A stretch of DNA of 64,000 bases, from IMG/VR virus record IMGVR_UViG_3300042542_004852; one strand, given 5' to 3'. Under the pieces are notes generated by a model that saw only the letters and a list, made by a program, of their open reading frames with translations, did not search any database and was not told the origin of the DNA. The position numbers and the translations under genes were made by a program. The DNA is from a virus. This document shows positions 34,129-46,313 of this stretch, piece by piece; the stretch's first letter is position 1, and the number at the start of each line of letters is the position of its first letter.

Positions 34129-37100
34129 TTATTTCCTCCTTTATTGGCCGTTCAAACATTGAGAGGTGAAAGAAATGATCACCTTCAATTTCCTCTAACC
34201 ATACAGCACACCATGAACTGTAAACTTCGCAATTACGAACAGTATAAGTTTCGCCAACCTTTAAGTTGTCTTTGGCGAATTGAATGATGTTGATGTAGTG
34301 CGGGTAGAATATTCCTTCGGCGTTTTCAAAACGAACTTTATCGCCGACGCTAGGCCATTCCCAGCTTCGGTATTTATATCGTTTTTTAAATTCTTCTTCA
34401 TTCATCTTCCGAACGGATCAAAGTTTGACATTACATGTAGGAACAATGCTACTCCAAGTACAGTTGCTGTAAAAAAACCACCCCAATATGGACCACAAAA
34501 GAGCCAATCAGGGATTTCAATAGCTAATGCTAGTAGATTACTCATAATATTCATTTCTTTTTGGGTTTAGAGACAGTATATCCGAGGTTGCGAAGTTTTG
34601 CAACAAGAATATTTGCATCAAGACCCAGCTTTTCAACCAAAGTATCAATAGAGGTACTGTCATCTTCTCCGCTTGTATAATAGACATAATATTCAATATC
34701 CATGTCTAAAAAGTCTTGAATTTGTTCAGAAGATTCAACTTTTTCAATTTCTAATGCACCATCATCATCAAATTCATTAGAATGCACCTCATTTTTAAGC
34801 CAATCTAACACATCGTTCTGTGTATATTGTTCTTTGTCAGTATAAACAAGATATTTTAAATTGAGGTCAACTCTAAAAAGATTTTTTGTTTTTTTACTCA
34901 TAGTGTTCGTCAAGCTGATGTTCTAGTTTAGAGATTTTGCTATCCAAGAATGTAATGTATCCTCTCAGATTGTCAATAGCGTTTTTGTATTGATGTAGTT
35001 CTTCTTTGAGATGATCTATTTCACGGTCTTTTCTTTGAAGAGTCGTTTGGTGCAGGGGTTTTACCCTCAACTCTGCAAAAGCTTCTTTAGTGATTGTTTC
35101 AATGTTCGCATCCCATTTGTCTTGCTTGCTTGAGTATTCTTCAAGAGCTTTAACAACAATATCTTCTACATCTTTGTTTTTCATAAATTATTCTCTCCAA
35201 TGTTTGTTTGGAACTCCTCTTTTATCTGCTACATATTGAAGAACACCATCATATCCACTTTCCCTGTACATGTCAAATAGTTTCGCAACATCACAGCTTG
35301 GTAAACTTTCTGCATCAGAAGCAGGTGCAAAATAATCGTTGACGTTGATGTAAAGGTTTATGGTGCCATCTCCATAATCATTGCCAGAAAACAAGACGCC
35401 CTTGTCTAAGAGAAAGGCAAGCATGTCTTCTTCGTTTGGCACTTTTTCACCATTTATATCAAAATAGTAATTGCGTTCGATTGTGACTATTTCTGAATAT
35501 TCCATAATTATAGACTTTTAATTTCTGTGGAGAATGTTTCGGCCATTTTCTTGTATAGCTTTTCTTCTTCTGTTTCTAGCATGTTTGTTAGATAGCGAAG
35601 AATGTGGTATTTTTGTTCGCAGCTAAAAGGAACTGGCTCTTCGTACATAGAATGTGTTGGATAATCCAAGCGTTCCATGACTTGATTAAATAAGTATTGA
35701 GCTTCTGGAACGAGTTTCATTTATTTTTTATTTAGTTAAAAGAGCTTCAACAATCTTTTCAGCGTTTTCATGAAAAGATGGGTAATAAATTGTATTAAAT
35801 TCTTTGCCGTGTTTGTCAATAAACCACTGCCAATCCTTGCGAGCTTGTTCACTCATTGGAACTCCTTCTTTAGGCTTAGCTTCACTAGCTTCACGAATAA
35901 TATCCATAACCTCATCTTGTTTATCTTTTGCAGCAGCAAGAATTTCAGCTTTGTGGGGATAAACAATAGAACGAATTGTTTTAGAACCAGGAGCTACTTT
36001 TATAAGCCACCAGCCATCTTGCAATCCATCCAATGCCCAAGGATCGTTGTGCTCGATGTATTTTTTGCCGACTTTTTTATAGAGTTGAGTTTTGTGAGAA
36101 ATTCGTGCGAGAGCGTTCATGTGGCAAGTAATTGTTTGAGTTCTTTTATGATGTCTTCTAACTTGCTCATTTTACCCTTTTGCATGTAAAAGTCAACCTC
36201 ATTTTCAACAAATGTATAACCATCTTCCCACTCTGCCAAGTCGCCTTCGTAAGATGAAATTAGTTCTTTTAGTTTTGTTTTTAAATCCATATTTAAATCT
36301 TCCAAGTGGTTGTTGATACATAGTCTCCACATTGATTGCATGGATATTCGTCGCTTTCAAATTCATCGTATGGAAACACTTCAACCAAATCAGTAAGCGA
36401 GCGACAACCATTTTTGATTTGTTCGTTGAGCCTAAGGCATAGAAAGACAAAAATCTGTTCCTGCCCTTCTGGGGAGATTTCTTGCAAGTCTTTGCCATCA
36501 AAAGTCCAGCCATGAGATGTACAACCATCTGTTTTAATGATTTTCATAGGAGAGGTAATTGTTTTTTTTGTTTTAGAAAAAATTTTATCGTAGTTTTCCC
36601 AATAAGACGGAAGATTTGCGCCTTTGCGTAGTGTTGATCCTTTACCTGCTGACATTTTTTTTATTTATTTAACTGTTTTATAACCTTGATAGGGCTGCTG
36701 CCCAAGAACGTTGGGTGATAAGGTTTTATACCAAGAACCTCTCACGCAAACCTCGCCTTCTTCGCCAGAAACTTCGCAAGTTCTTTTGCAAAGATATTCG
36801 GCGAAACTAATCATCCCTTGGATTTCTCTGTCTCCGCCAGAAACATAGAAACGAAGTTCTGCAAATTTTTCTTTGATTTGGTCGATTTTTACTTGTGGCG
36901 GATAGATTTTTTTCCATTTTGTATATTTATTCGCTCTGCCAAAAACATTACGAAGAAGTTTACAAAATGATTTATTTAGTTCGATGTCTTTTAGCTTTGG
37001 AAAACGCTTCATGAGCCAAGGATGAATTCTACTAAGGAACAAATACAAGTAATGCCAAGTGTAGTATTTTTTAGAAATGATCTCTTTTTCTGTGCGATAT

Positions 37101-38190
37101 GTGAGGGTTAAGTAATCCTTAATTGCGCCACAAAGATCATCAACGATTTTCTCCCAGCCTTGAGGAACCCAAATTCCGCATGGGCACTCTGTTTCTCCAA
37201 GTTCGTTCTTGTAAAACAAGCTTGGGTATTTGTTCATTAAACGTGTTGAGAAATCTTCCATATTAAAGTTTGTATGAAATTAGCCGAATATAATCGCCGA
37301 GATTAATAATCTTGCGTGAGACTAGACCTAAAAAATTGCCAAAAGCTCTCTGCATTTTACCCCTAAAGGTTTTTCCAAATTTAATGGATTCTGATAATTC
37401 TTTTTGAAATTTTGCTAAGCGCTCTAATCTTTCTGCTGAATTCGTCTCTTCATATTTTACTAGAGAGGTTTTTTGCAAAACTCCATCAATAAATACAAAA
37501 TCCATTTCAATCCAAATATCAACTGTTTCGGACTGTAAAGAGTCGTAAGCATTAATTGTGCAGGTTTTATTGTATGGAATTTTTTCTTTTGAAATCGGTT
37601 CCAAGAAGCCTCCAAAAGGGCCGTTTTCCTCAACCCATCTTTTTTCGACTTTCTCCTCAAAAAGCTTACCTTCTTCAATAAAGAAATTTGACAATAAACA
37701 GTCAAAATCTTTGGTTTGCCAACCAAGTTCGTTTTCACCCAAAAGGGTTAAATATTTGTCAACTTTGGGGTCCGTTCCTTGAATAACGGATTTGTTAAAA
37801 ATGATAGTGTCAAAAAGGCCCATTTTTTTTATTAGTTAAAGTTTGGTTCACGCAGAAGATTTTCGATCTTTTTAATGTTGTCAATGATAGCATCGTCACT
37901 CATTGCAATGCGACCATAATAAATTCCTAAACAAGGAGAGTAAAATTGCTCATAGTATTCCTTTTTCTTTCTCATGATTTCGAGATCGGTTTGTAATTGA
38001 CTGATTTGGTCTTTGAGTATTTGTTCGTCCATATTAATCTATAAAATAGAAATTAGAAATTGTGACTGGAATGCTATAGCGGTCTTTTGTTCCGTCTGGA
38101 ATGAAGATTTCGTTTGTTTCATCTAGCCAACCAGTTTGGCCGTAATTAATGTCTCTTTCGTTTTTGCCAGTGTAAACAGCGCGTCTCATT
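34121..38190 (-). other. Dense run of small hypothetical genes
   Basis: About 13 abutting minus-strand ORFs, including a QIKEKFAELRFY-family gene (36665-37261) and an MGLFD-family gene (37263-37823). Confidence 0.65.
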
Positions 38191-38306
38191 TTATCGTTTA
38201 AAAATAGTTGTAAAAAATGGTTCTTTAACAGAAAGAGCAGCAATTAACATAATGATAAAACAGATGATGGTGTCCATTCTTTAATGTAGCTCTCTTTTGG
38301 AGAGAG

Positions 38307-39125
38307 TCAAATGTTTTGATAAGGTTTTTCGCGAAACCATTTTGTCAAAATAAACTTTTCGCCCTCTTCGACTGGCATGCCCCAATGCTTTGATTCGGGA
38401 ATGTTAGAACCGTCTTTGGTGTTTTGCCACAAAATCATTGTGCCAGTTTCGGGTTTTGTTTCTAAATCTATTTCTGTGAATTTAGTGTGTCCACCCTTGG
38501 GAGTGTCATTCAAGTAGATCATAGCAGTCCAAGTGCGGTTTCCATGTAGTTCCAACTCTCGTCTTTGTTGTTCTGTCAAAGGAAAGAAAGAATCAAAATG
38601 AGGTTTGAATTGCTCACCAACTTTATAATATTGGCCCTGAATTTGCTCACCGTATTTTTCTGGGATATTAATAATTTTTAAAATCTCATCTTCGATTTCA
38701 TCAATCACAGGATCAGACTTGCGAAACAAATGAGCAGTCGAGCTTGTGCGAAAGTCAGAAATTTTGTTACCACCATTGTCATAATCAATGACAGAAGATT
38801 TTTGACAGCGATTCCTGATGACTTGAATCATGCGAACGCACTGGTCTTCTGTTAGGGCGTTTTTGATTTTAAAGATATTTAATTTATCAGACAGCTTTTC
38901 TGCGCCAAATTTAGTTGTTAAATTCTCGATTTCAAGAGCAGGGGGCGCGTCTTTAATTTTTTCAAGAATGTCTGGCATGGAGAATTCTGTGATAATCAAG
39001 CTTTCATCAAAGCCTTTTTCAAGTAAAATCTGTGCTAATTCTCGTTTTTGAGAACCTCTACGAACATTATCCCAAATCCAAAACTTCCAAGAATCGTCAA
39101 AGCTAGTCTTTTTCATATTAAACAT
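38307..39125 (-). CDS. Prolyl 4-hydroxylase-like 2OG-Fe(II) oxygenase
   Basis: RTSS, QYYKVGEQFKPHFD, GNRTWTAMIYLND..KGG.TKF, H.GMPV..GEKFILTKW. Confidence 0.85.
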   Translation of the reverse strand: MFNMKKTSFDDSWKFWIWDNVRRGSQKRELAQILLEKGFDESLIITEFSMPDILEKIKDAPPALEIENLTTKFGAEKLSDKLNIFKIKNALTEDQCVRMIQVIRNRCQKSSVIDYDNGGNKISDFRTSSTAHLFRKSDPVIDEIEDEILKIINIPEKYGEQIQGQYYKVGEQFKPHFDSFFPLTEQQRRELELHGNRTWTAMIYLNDTPKGGHTKFTEIDLETKPETGTMILWQNTKDGSNIPESKHWGMPVEEGEKFILTKWFREKPYQNI

Positions 39126-39151
39126 ACGATGCTAAAGGTGTAAGTATTACT

Positions 39152-39850
39152 GTGAAAATAGATAAGAAAGCTCGCTCTATTTTAAACTCTTTTCCAAAAG
39201 ATGTTCAAGACTATTTTCAAGAAATCAGCGAAAAATGTAAAAAACACCAAGTCAAATTTCGCGTGTCAAGTGGATGCAAAGTGTATTCTGGTAGTGGAAG
39301 TTGCGGCGGTTTCTTTTCCGACTCTCATAAAGAACTTGCAATTGCAATCAACAGCCCTTTAAAATGGGTGATTGCTATTCTTGTTCATGAGGATTCTCAT
39401 TTTGACCAGTGGCTCAATCACCAATCAGATTGGCACGATCCAAAAGTTTCCCGCAATATAACTTATTTTTTTGATTGGCTATCGAAAACAAAAAATATTA
39501 AAGACCCAACAGAGAGCGTCAAATCTGTGATCTCTCTTGAGTCTGACTGCGAAAGACGGTCCATTAAAAAAATAAAAAAGAGATGGTCGCACATTATTTC
39601 GCCAGAAAATTACGCTCAGTCTGCTAATGCTTACATGTTTTCCTACTTGTATATGGCTTATTCGCGCAAGTGGATTTCTAAAAGCGTAAATATTTATAGC
39701 AAATGTTTTTACAGGAATTTCCCGCAAAAAATCCTTGGTAAGTTTGAAGGGTTATCGGAAAAATATTTCGAACTCTTTAGCAAAAATGATAAAAATGCAA
39801 GGGCGGCTCCAAATAGAGCCGCCCTGCGTCCTACAAACCGAAGTCTATAA
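39152..39850 (+). CDS. HExxH metallopeptidase-like protein
   Basis: ILVHEDSHFDQW...LESDCE. Start is 8 nt after GTGTAA. Confidence 0.55.
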   Translation: MKIDKKARSILNSFPKDVQDYFQEISEKCKKHQVKFRVSSGCKVYSGSGSCGGFFSDSHKELAIAINSPLKWVIAILVHEDSHFDQWLNHQSDWHDPKVSRNITYFFDWLSKTKNIKDPTESVKSVISLESDCERRSIKKIKKRWSHIISPENYAQSANAYMFSYLYMAYSRKWISKSVNIYSKCFYRNFPQKILGKFEGLSEKYFELFSKNDKNARAAPNRAALRPTNRSL

Positions 39851-39858
39851 GAGGGGTA

Positions 39859-40038
39859 TTATTTATCTTTGGCCTTGCCAACATTGAGAGCTAGCCAATC
39901 CACAATCTTGTAGAGTTTGCCAACCCAATTGTTGTCTTTGGGAGTAGGTGTGAGTGCAGCAATAGCGGAAGCTGCTGCGACAACAGCAGTAACAGCGTGA
40001 ACAAGATCAAGTTGATGAGTGAGAATCCAAGTAATCAT
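39859..40038 (-). CDS. Small membrane protein, holin-like (TPTPKD family)
   Basis: Manual translation: MITWILTHQLDLVHAVTAVVAAASAIAALTPTPKDNNWVGKLYKIVDWLALNVGKAKDK. Confidence 0.65.
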   Translation of the reverse strand: MITWILTHQLDLVHAVTAVVAAASAIAALTPTPKDNNWVGKLYKIVDWLALNVGKAKDK

Positions 40039-40532
40039 ACTACTCTTTACACTTTTGATCGAGCCAAAAATTTACTATTTTTAGGAATGATTTATCTGAT
40101 CTTTTTTCGCATAATTCTTTGATCTTTTTTAAGTGATCGCGTGAGCAATCTTTGAGCATCACAAAAGAAATGGGTTCATCGCCATTAATTCCAAGCGTTC
40201 CCCAGATAGAGTTTTCAGCTTGCCACTCAAAACTTTGAGTGTTTGGGAATTCTTCGGGGCTTAGAATTTTTACTTCATTATAATTCCAAACTCCGTATTT
40301 TCTTTTTTCGCCGAAATTTTCCCTCCAATCATTGTAGAGTTCTGCAAAAGTTTGTGGAACCTCAAACCAAATTTTTGCTCCCCAAAATCTACCATAAGGT
40401 TCTGAATCTCCAATATTAGGCTGACCACCATCAGCCATGATATAGTCTTCTCCCTCTCCTACTGTAATGTAGTCATAGCGAGCGACAGATGCGACAATCT
40501 GTTTGTAGTTCGTGAAGCCTTTTAGTTTCATA

Positions 40533-41177
40533 TTAATATCCAAAAGCGTCAAGTGTGTATTTGAAGGGATTGCCTTCAATGTTTTTAACGAGGTCGAGCA
40601 TATTAGCGACTAACTCTCTAGTTTCTTGTTGAGCATCTTTTTTTAGGCGAAGACTGCACAGGTGAATAAAAGCTTGTAAGCTGCCAGTCCAGATAAATTT
40701 GGTTTCTAGTGCAAGAGGAAGATGAATTCTGCATTGTTCTTTAGCGATGCCAAATTCACTCATTTCATTGTAAACTTTCTGAGCTTGTTCAATTACAGAA
40801 CGCATCTTAGAAAGAAAATATTCATTTTTATCTTCGGGAATGTCGCCAGCACTTCCTTGTTTACTGTCTTGAGATTGAAAACGAAGTTTTTCAGGAAGCC
40901 AGTAAGAGTCAGAAAAATCTACATATCTGCCGCTAATGCTATTACGCGCCCATCCAATTTGATGAGTAAATAATTGACGTTCTACAAAAATAGGACACTC
41001 AATTCTAAATTGAAGTTGTGGGTGTCTAAAAGGAGAAGTGTGCCCATGTTTGGCAAGAAAATTAATAAGCTTTGCATCTTTTTCTCCAAGCTCTGCGCTC
41101 TCTTTGTTATAGGAAACTCTAGCGATATTTGCGATCATTAGATCGCTGCCGAAATGATTAAGTAATTCTGCTTTCAT
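40533..41177 (-). CDS. thyX: FAD-dependent thymidylate synthase
   Basis: ARVSY, HTSPFRH, PIFVERQLFTH...NSISGRY, LRL...AQ.E. Confidence 0.92.
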   Translation of the reverse strand: MKAELLNHFGSDLMIANIARVSYNKESAELGEKDAKLINFLAKHGHTSPFRHPQLQFRIECPIFVERQLFTHQIGWARNSISGRYVDFSDSYWLPEKLRFQSQDSKQGSAGDIPEDKNEYFLSKMRSVIEQAQKVYNEMSEFGIAKEQCRIHLPLALETKFIWTGSLQAFIHLCSLRLKKDAQQETRELVANMLDLVKNIEGNPFKYTLDAFGY

Positions 41178-41350
41178 TTATTTTGATTTCTACAATTATT
41201 CATAATTTATTAATTCGGGATTTTGTTCCAATACTCTCGATACAAGATATACGCATTCTTGTGCGGTAAAATGTGTTTTCCAATCGCATTCATCAAGAAT
41301 TTTATCTATTTCTTGAACATAGAGTCTGTGTAGTTCTTCTTTATTGATTT

Positions 41351-41935
41351 TCATGTCCACATGTATTCGCGATAGTCAATCATTTGCTTGAGAATATTAG
41401 AGTCAGTTTCGCTAATGAGTTTCTCCATTTTATTAAGCTCTCCATAGAGTTCTTCATAGGATTTGCTTTTTTGAAGGTCTGTAAGAGGATGCGAAGGATG
41501 AAGAGTATTTGCTTGCGATTCACAGTTTGGTTTACCAACAGTAATCCAATGAGCGGAAGAATCAAGCCAGTTCTTGAATTGGCGATGTTGTGGCGTTCCA
41601 TCCCAATTAACAAAAGACTCATCAGCCTCTTTTTTAAAACTAAGAATCATCGCAAAATTAACATCAACAACAAGACTACTAATGTCAGCCCAAGTGCGGG
41701 GAATTGCTTTACGAATTTCTTGATGCTTAGGAAAGAAGAAGCATTGAATCTTATATTTGAAATCTTCGATTCTGCGCCACATGATGCTAAAATACAGGCG
41801 AACATCCTCTCGAAAGAAGTATTGGATTGGATAATCTTTCTTTGTTTGCTTTTCCCAAGCGATCCAGCCTACAGTGTCATCGCGTGGATTCCATTCGAGG
41901 CTGCGGGGCTTTTTATACCAGAGGTCTTTATTCAT
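41351..41935 (-). CDS. Conserved phage hypothetical protein
   Basis: Intact ORF ending ...YREYMWT. Confidence 0.6.
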   Translation of the reverse strand: MNKDLWYKKPRSLEWNPRDDTVGWIAWEKQTKKDYPIQYFFREDVRLYFSIMWRRIEDFKYKIQCFFFPKHQEIRKAIPRTWADISSLVVDVNFAMILSFKKEADESFVNWDGTPQHRQFKNWLDSSAHWITVGKPNCESQANTLHPSHPLTDLQKSKSYEELYGELNKMEKLISETDSNILKQMIDYREYMWT

Positions 41936-41942
41936 ATTTGAA

Positions 41943-42857
41943 TTATGCAGAGATTTTTTCCTTTGTCAACTCGCGAATGCGAAAAATAGCTTGGCATTTA
42001 TGTTTAAGCTCTACATCAAAATAAACATTTCGGCCATAGTTGTTAGGAATTGAAACTGGCATGTCAGCATGCTTGCGAGTGCCGTCAATGCCCTCGCTGT
42101 AATGGAAGATGGGTGCAACAGGCCAAGTGTCATAAGCAAGATTGAAGGCTTCTTCGGCACTCAAGTCGTCATGCAAAATACTATGATGCAATGAATCATA
42201 AGTGACAGGAATCTTGCGCGAATTATAAAAGTACTTGATAAGATTCTTGATGCCCCAAACACCTTTGGCATTGTCATTGTTTTCTAGCACAAGACGTTGA
42301 CGGATATTGTCGGGAAGAGAATCATAAACACTCAAAACTTTATCAGCGAGTTTTTGAGGCTCTGATGTTTCCTGTCTTACATGTATGTTAAGAGGTGAAC
42401 GATAGTCTTGCGGCAAATCAAGCAGGTCAAAAATCTCTGCATGCTGCTGTAGGTCAAGAATGCTGTTGTTGATGCAGTCTTGATTGCTGGAAGATAGCGT
42501 AATGTATTCGCTTGGGTGCGCTGACAAACGAATCGGATGAGAAGAGAGCAACTGCTTGATTGAATTGCATACAGCAACAATGCCTGCATAATTGGGCAAG
42601 TCTGCAATGCGAAGCAGCACATCTTTGTGCGTTAGAACTGGAGCAAGAGAAGACGAGAGACGATAGCCTTGAATATTATTCAGTTGGCAAAAACGAATAG
42701 TATTGAGTGTCATCTTGAAATTATGCAAGATTCGCTCGGAAAGCTCTTGTATAGCAACATTACGAGGCAGCTTGGCAAACTGCGTGTAAGTCATGGAGCG
42801 AAAATTCTGCCCGTTGTCAGACAGTGTTTTTGAGATGCAGCAAAGTGATAGGTTCAT
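41943..42857 (-). CDS. uvsE: UV damage endonuclease UvsE/UvdE
   Basis: LCCI, YRLSS, RLSAHP, NIHV, LENND, YDSLHH, FHYSE, KHAD, DVELKHK. Confidence 0.92.
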   Translation of the reverse strand: MNLSLCCISKTLSDNGQNFRSMTYTQFAKLPRNVAIQELSERILHNFKMTLNTIRFCQLNNIQGYRLSSSLAPVLTHKDVLLRIADLPNYAGIVAVCNSIKQLLSSHPIRLSAHPSEYITLSSSNQDCINNSILDLQQHAEIFDLLDLPQDYRSPLNIHVRQETSEPQKLADKVLSVYDSLPDNIRQRLVLENNDNAKGVWGIKNLIKYFYNSRKIPVTYDSLHHSILHDDLSAEEAFNLAYDTWPVAPIFHYSEGIDGTRKHADMPVSIPNNYGRNVYFDVELKHKCQAIFRIRELTKEKISA

Positions 42858-42898
42858 GGTTTACAATACCACTCTGCTGCTCCTTGTCAAGACAAGAT

Positions 42899-43486
42899 TT
42901 AATAATTGGGCTGCGAGCAAAGAATATGATTAATTTCTTCTTTGATTTTTTTAATAATTCTATGTTTGGCAATATAAATAGCGCTAGAATTGATCTTGTA
43001 TTTAAGCATTAGATTTTCATTTTTTAAATCATTAAAGTACAAATCATTAAAAATCATATAGTCTTTGCTTTTATGATCTCTGCCTAGATTTTCAAAAGCT
43101 TGCATGAGAAGCTCTCTCTGATAAGATTTTTCTTGCGAAGCAAGAAAATCTTGTTTTTCATCAGGATGCATTTCCATCAAAAGATCATCGCCGCTGGTGA
43201 TTCGCTTGTTTTTCCTTTGATTGCGACGAATAATATCCACCATGCGCCACTTGGCGAATGTTGTTACCCAAGAATGAATCTTGCCTTTGGCAGAGTCGAA
43301 CTTGTTTTCTTTGAAGTAGCTTGCCATTGAAACAAACACTTCTTGCACAACGTCATCAACGTCCTGTGAAGGCAGCTTATAGGAGTAAGCTAATGATCTT
43401 AGATACTCATTAAATTGAGTAAAAAAATCATTCCAACCTTGGCTGTTCCCCCAATCGGAAAGCTCTTGTTCTTTGAATTCGCTCAT
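42899..43486 (-). CDS. ECF-type sigma-70 factor (PVC-like)
   Basis: GWNDF...DVDDVVQEVF...FDSAKGKIHSW...WRMVDIIRR region 2 and IYIAKHRI region 4. Confidence 0.85.
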   Translation of the reverse strand: MSEFKEQELSDWGNSQGWNDFFTQFNEYLRSLAYSYKLPSQDVDDVVQEVFVSMASYFKENKFDSAKGKIHSWVTTFAKWRMVDIIRRNQRKNKRITSGDDLLMEMHPDEKQDFLASQEKSYQRELLMQAFENLGRDHKSKDYMIFNDLYFNDLKNENLMLKYKINSSAIYIAKHRIIKKIKEEINHILCSQPNY

Positions 43487-43964
43487 TGATTGGAATTGTG
43501 TGGTCTAAATTTAGAAATCTCGTCTTGAAGAACAGAGTATTTTTTGTGAGAATGCCAGATTTCTGTGACATCTCCACTGATGTATTTGCCTTCTGTTGTA
43601 ATCACAACAGACTTTGGGGGCAAAAATAATTCTGGAGGTTGCTGATTAAATTCCCTATCGGGAATGGGTTTTGTCTGGCAACAGCCACAAGCAAGTAGAA
43701 TAATAGTTAACTTTTTCATTTTTTGAAATCTGTTAAGAAAGAGTGCATTTTTTGCTGCTCTTCAATAATTTCTTCGTTTAGGTTGTCAGCTTTCTTTTGA
43801 GCTTGCGAGTTTGGAATATTTCTTACCTTGTCTCTCTCGCTTGAGAGCTTATCAATTCTAGAGTCAAACTTCTCTAGAACATCAAAAAGAAAAGATTTAT
43901 TACGCAGCTTGAGGTATTCGACCCCAAGCTGCAATAACAAAGGAATTGCATCCAGTATTTTCAC
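43483..43964 (-). other. Possible spanin pair (43716-43964 and lipoprotein 43483-43719)
   Basis: Overlapping genes: an N-hydrophobic coiled-coil protein followed by a lipobox-like LLACGC protein. Confidence 0.45.
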
Positions 43965-44470
43965 AAGTGCTTTTTAAGCGCGTTAAAAATAGTCTTTTCC
44001 TCTTGACCAGCCTCACACTCACAGATGTAGCCGCCAATGTGCTTAGCGCAATCCATAGCCCAAACATACGCATCAGTGAAATACTGATCGTAGGAAGCTT
44101 GATGCTCGCCTTTTTGATTATAAACTGAATACCACTTAATACCTGATTTCTTTTGCATGTTATTGTTCGTTATTGCTTGTTGCTTGTGCTCATTTTGATA
44201 AGGGAATCGTGAATCATGTGACGAGTTTCCCAGTCAATGATGCGTTCATTCTCGTCTTTTGGTAGCTCGGAAGTTACCTGCTCCAAGTTCAAGCCAAATG
44301 CTGAACAGAGAGCTTTGATCTTTCGAAGAACGCCGATTTCCTTATACTTTAAGACTGCCCAACAGAGGTCAATCTGTTCTGGCTTGCTTTTTTCAATTGC
44401 CTTGGCAAGAGTATTGCTCATAGGGATTTTTTTATTTATTTGTTTTTGTTTGTGTTTACTGTGGTGCTTA

Positions 44471-45394
44471 TTATTCTACAATAGTAAGGATTTTTGTCAA
44501 GGCTTCTTTTGATTCTTCTAGCGCTTTTTCTTTCCAACTGTTTAGACAATAGCTTTTAATTTCAGAAAGAAGGAACTGGGTTTTCCCAACTAATTCTTTT
44601 TCATTATCAATGATGCAATAAGAAGGTATGTCATAACCAGACATGGAAATGGTATTTTTACAGCTATAGTCGAATAGAGTAAGAACATTATAATTGAGAG
44701 CTTCGTAGAATCGGTTAGCCAAACCATTATAGTTGTGGTGGTTAATTTCATCCTCAATGTAGAGGCTAGTCTGGAAATTAGAGAGTCCTTCTTTTGACCA
44801 GTTGATGCGGTCAATAAATGGCCCGCTGACTCCAATTGTGTTAAATTTTTCACGATTTTTTTGATGTGTTGAAACGGTTACTTTGCCCTTTAAGTATTTA
44901 CGAAAGGACGGTTCACGATTTTTACGAAAAGAACCGTAATAAATGCAACCTTGCTTTTCGGCAATTGTTTCTTTTGGATTGAAAATCAAAGAGTTAAGAT
45001 TGACAAAATTCCAACCATTCAAGTATTTTTCAACGATTTTTGAAATACTTGGCCCATGATTAGAGATAACCTCATAGCGGCGACCTTCTTTAATTCCAAT
45101 CCAGAGTGCTCTTGGTTCTCCTAAATTATATTCGTTAGAAATATAAAAGATTTTTGCTTCTGGGCTAGCCTTTAGCCAAGCATAGTCAACATAAGAGTAG
45201 TGACTTGCATGATTGAAGATGATTCGATCATAGCCACTTTTAATGCTGTCATTAACTGTTGGGTAGCTCCAGATGAGGTCTGCCTCATGACCACTTTGAA
45301 TCAAGAAGTCTTTGATCTTTTTGGCGTTTAACCAGTGCAAGTTTTGAGGTTCTTTTATTGAACCCTTGTGAGAATCAATGATTAAGTATTTCAT
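44471..45394 (-). CDS. GT-B glycosyltransferase resembling T4 beta-glucosyltransferase
   Basis: IYYGSFRKNRE resembles T4 BGT IYGGSFR, and LANRFYEAL..VLTLFD matches the C-terminal motif pattern. Confidence 0.55.
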   Translation of the reverse strand: MKYLIIDSHKGSIKEPQNLHWLNAKKIKDFLIQSGHEADLIWSYPTVNDSIKSGYDRIIFNHASHYSYVDYAWLKASPEAKIFYISNEYNLGEPRALWIGIKEGRRYEVISNHGPSISKIVEKYLNGWNFVNLNSLIFNPKETIAEKQGCIYYGSFRKNREPSFRKYLKGKVTVSTHQKNREKFNTIGVSGPFIDRINWSKEGLSNFQTSLYIEDEINHHNYNGLANRFYEALNYNVLTLFDYSCKNTISMSGYDIPSYCIIDNEKELVGKTQFLLSEIKSYCLNSWKEKALEESKEALTKILTIVE

Positions 45395-45647
45395 TGAGGA
45401 AAGAATTCAATTGCCAAACGGCCCAAAGAATCATCAATGTGAGCATAGCCTTCAATGATAAAGCGATCCTCAATCAAGAGCGTCTTGTAAATTTCAAATG
45501 GAAATTCTCCGCGATCAGGAACTTTCACATAATGCAGGGTGTTTCCATCAAAAGAGATGCTGCAATTTTCGAATTCTTTTTCCATCCAATCCAAGTGGGA
45601 TTTGTTGTTTGCCCCAATTATTTTAATTTTTCCAGTCATTTATTATT

Positions 45648-46313
45648 TTAATATAGATATTTGAAAGTGTCAATGTCTTTTTCAAAAATTTTTTCAATTA
45701 TCTTTTTCGTGTTCGAATTGTAATAATCTTTATAATTTGATCTTTTGCTTGAGTTTTCGTGAGGAATATCTGAACTAATATGCCCGATTTCACAAGCATC
45801 TAGCATTTCTTTAAAATCATTTTTAAGATTTTCAAAACGCAAAATAAAGTTTGGCTGAAATACTCCGTTGAGCCATTCAACTTGTTGATGAATGCCAATA
45901 AAGTCTTTTGTGTTATTCGCATGATTTTCTTCCATAATTTCGCAAAAATCTTCAAAAGAAATATCGCTAGAATGATTGTATAAATCTCCAAGCTCATTTT
46001 CTTTGGCAAATTGAAACATGGACACTGCTCGATCAAAAGGATTTCTCACAACAGCAAATGACATATAATTTTTAACTAAATTGCCAAAAATACCATAAAT
46101 TTCATTTGGTTTGGCATGCGTTGGAGAAAAGCGTTTTTTATAAAGTTTATTTCTAAATAGAGCGTCATTAAAAAATTTTTCATGCTTCTTGATTAAGTTA
46201 AAATCACCAAGATGAGAATAAATGGAAGTGCTTGCGTTTTTAGGAATACGAATAAAAATTACGCTCCAAATCCATTTATGACTACATGGAGTAAACTCTA
46301 GCATTTTGGCCAA
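45648..46313 (-). CDS. Sulfotransferase family 2 protein
   Basis: 5'PSB IRIPKNASTS, 3'PB VRNPFDRAVS, FILRFENL. Confidence 0.85.
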   Translation of the reverse strand: MAKMLEFTPCSHKWIWSVIFIRIPKNASTSIYSHLGDFNLIKKHEKFFNDALFRNKLYKKRFSPTHAKPNEIYGIFGNLVKNYMSFAVVRNPFDRAVSMFQFAKENELGDLYNHSSDISFEDFCEIMEENHANNTKDFIGIHQQVEWLNGVFQPNFILRFENLKNDFKEMLDACEIGHISSDIPHENSSKRSNYKDYYNSNTKKIIEKIFEKDIDTFKYLY

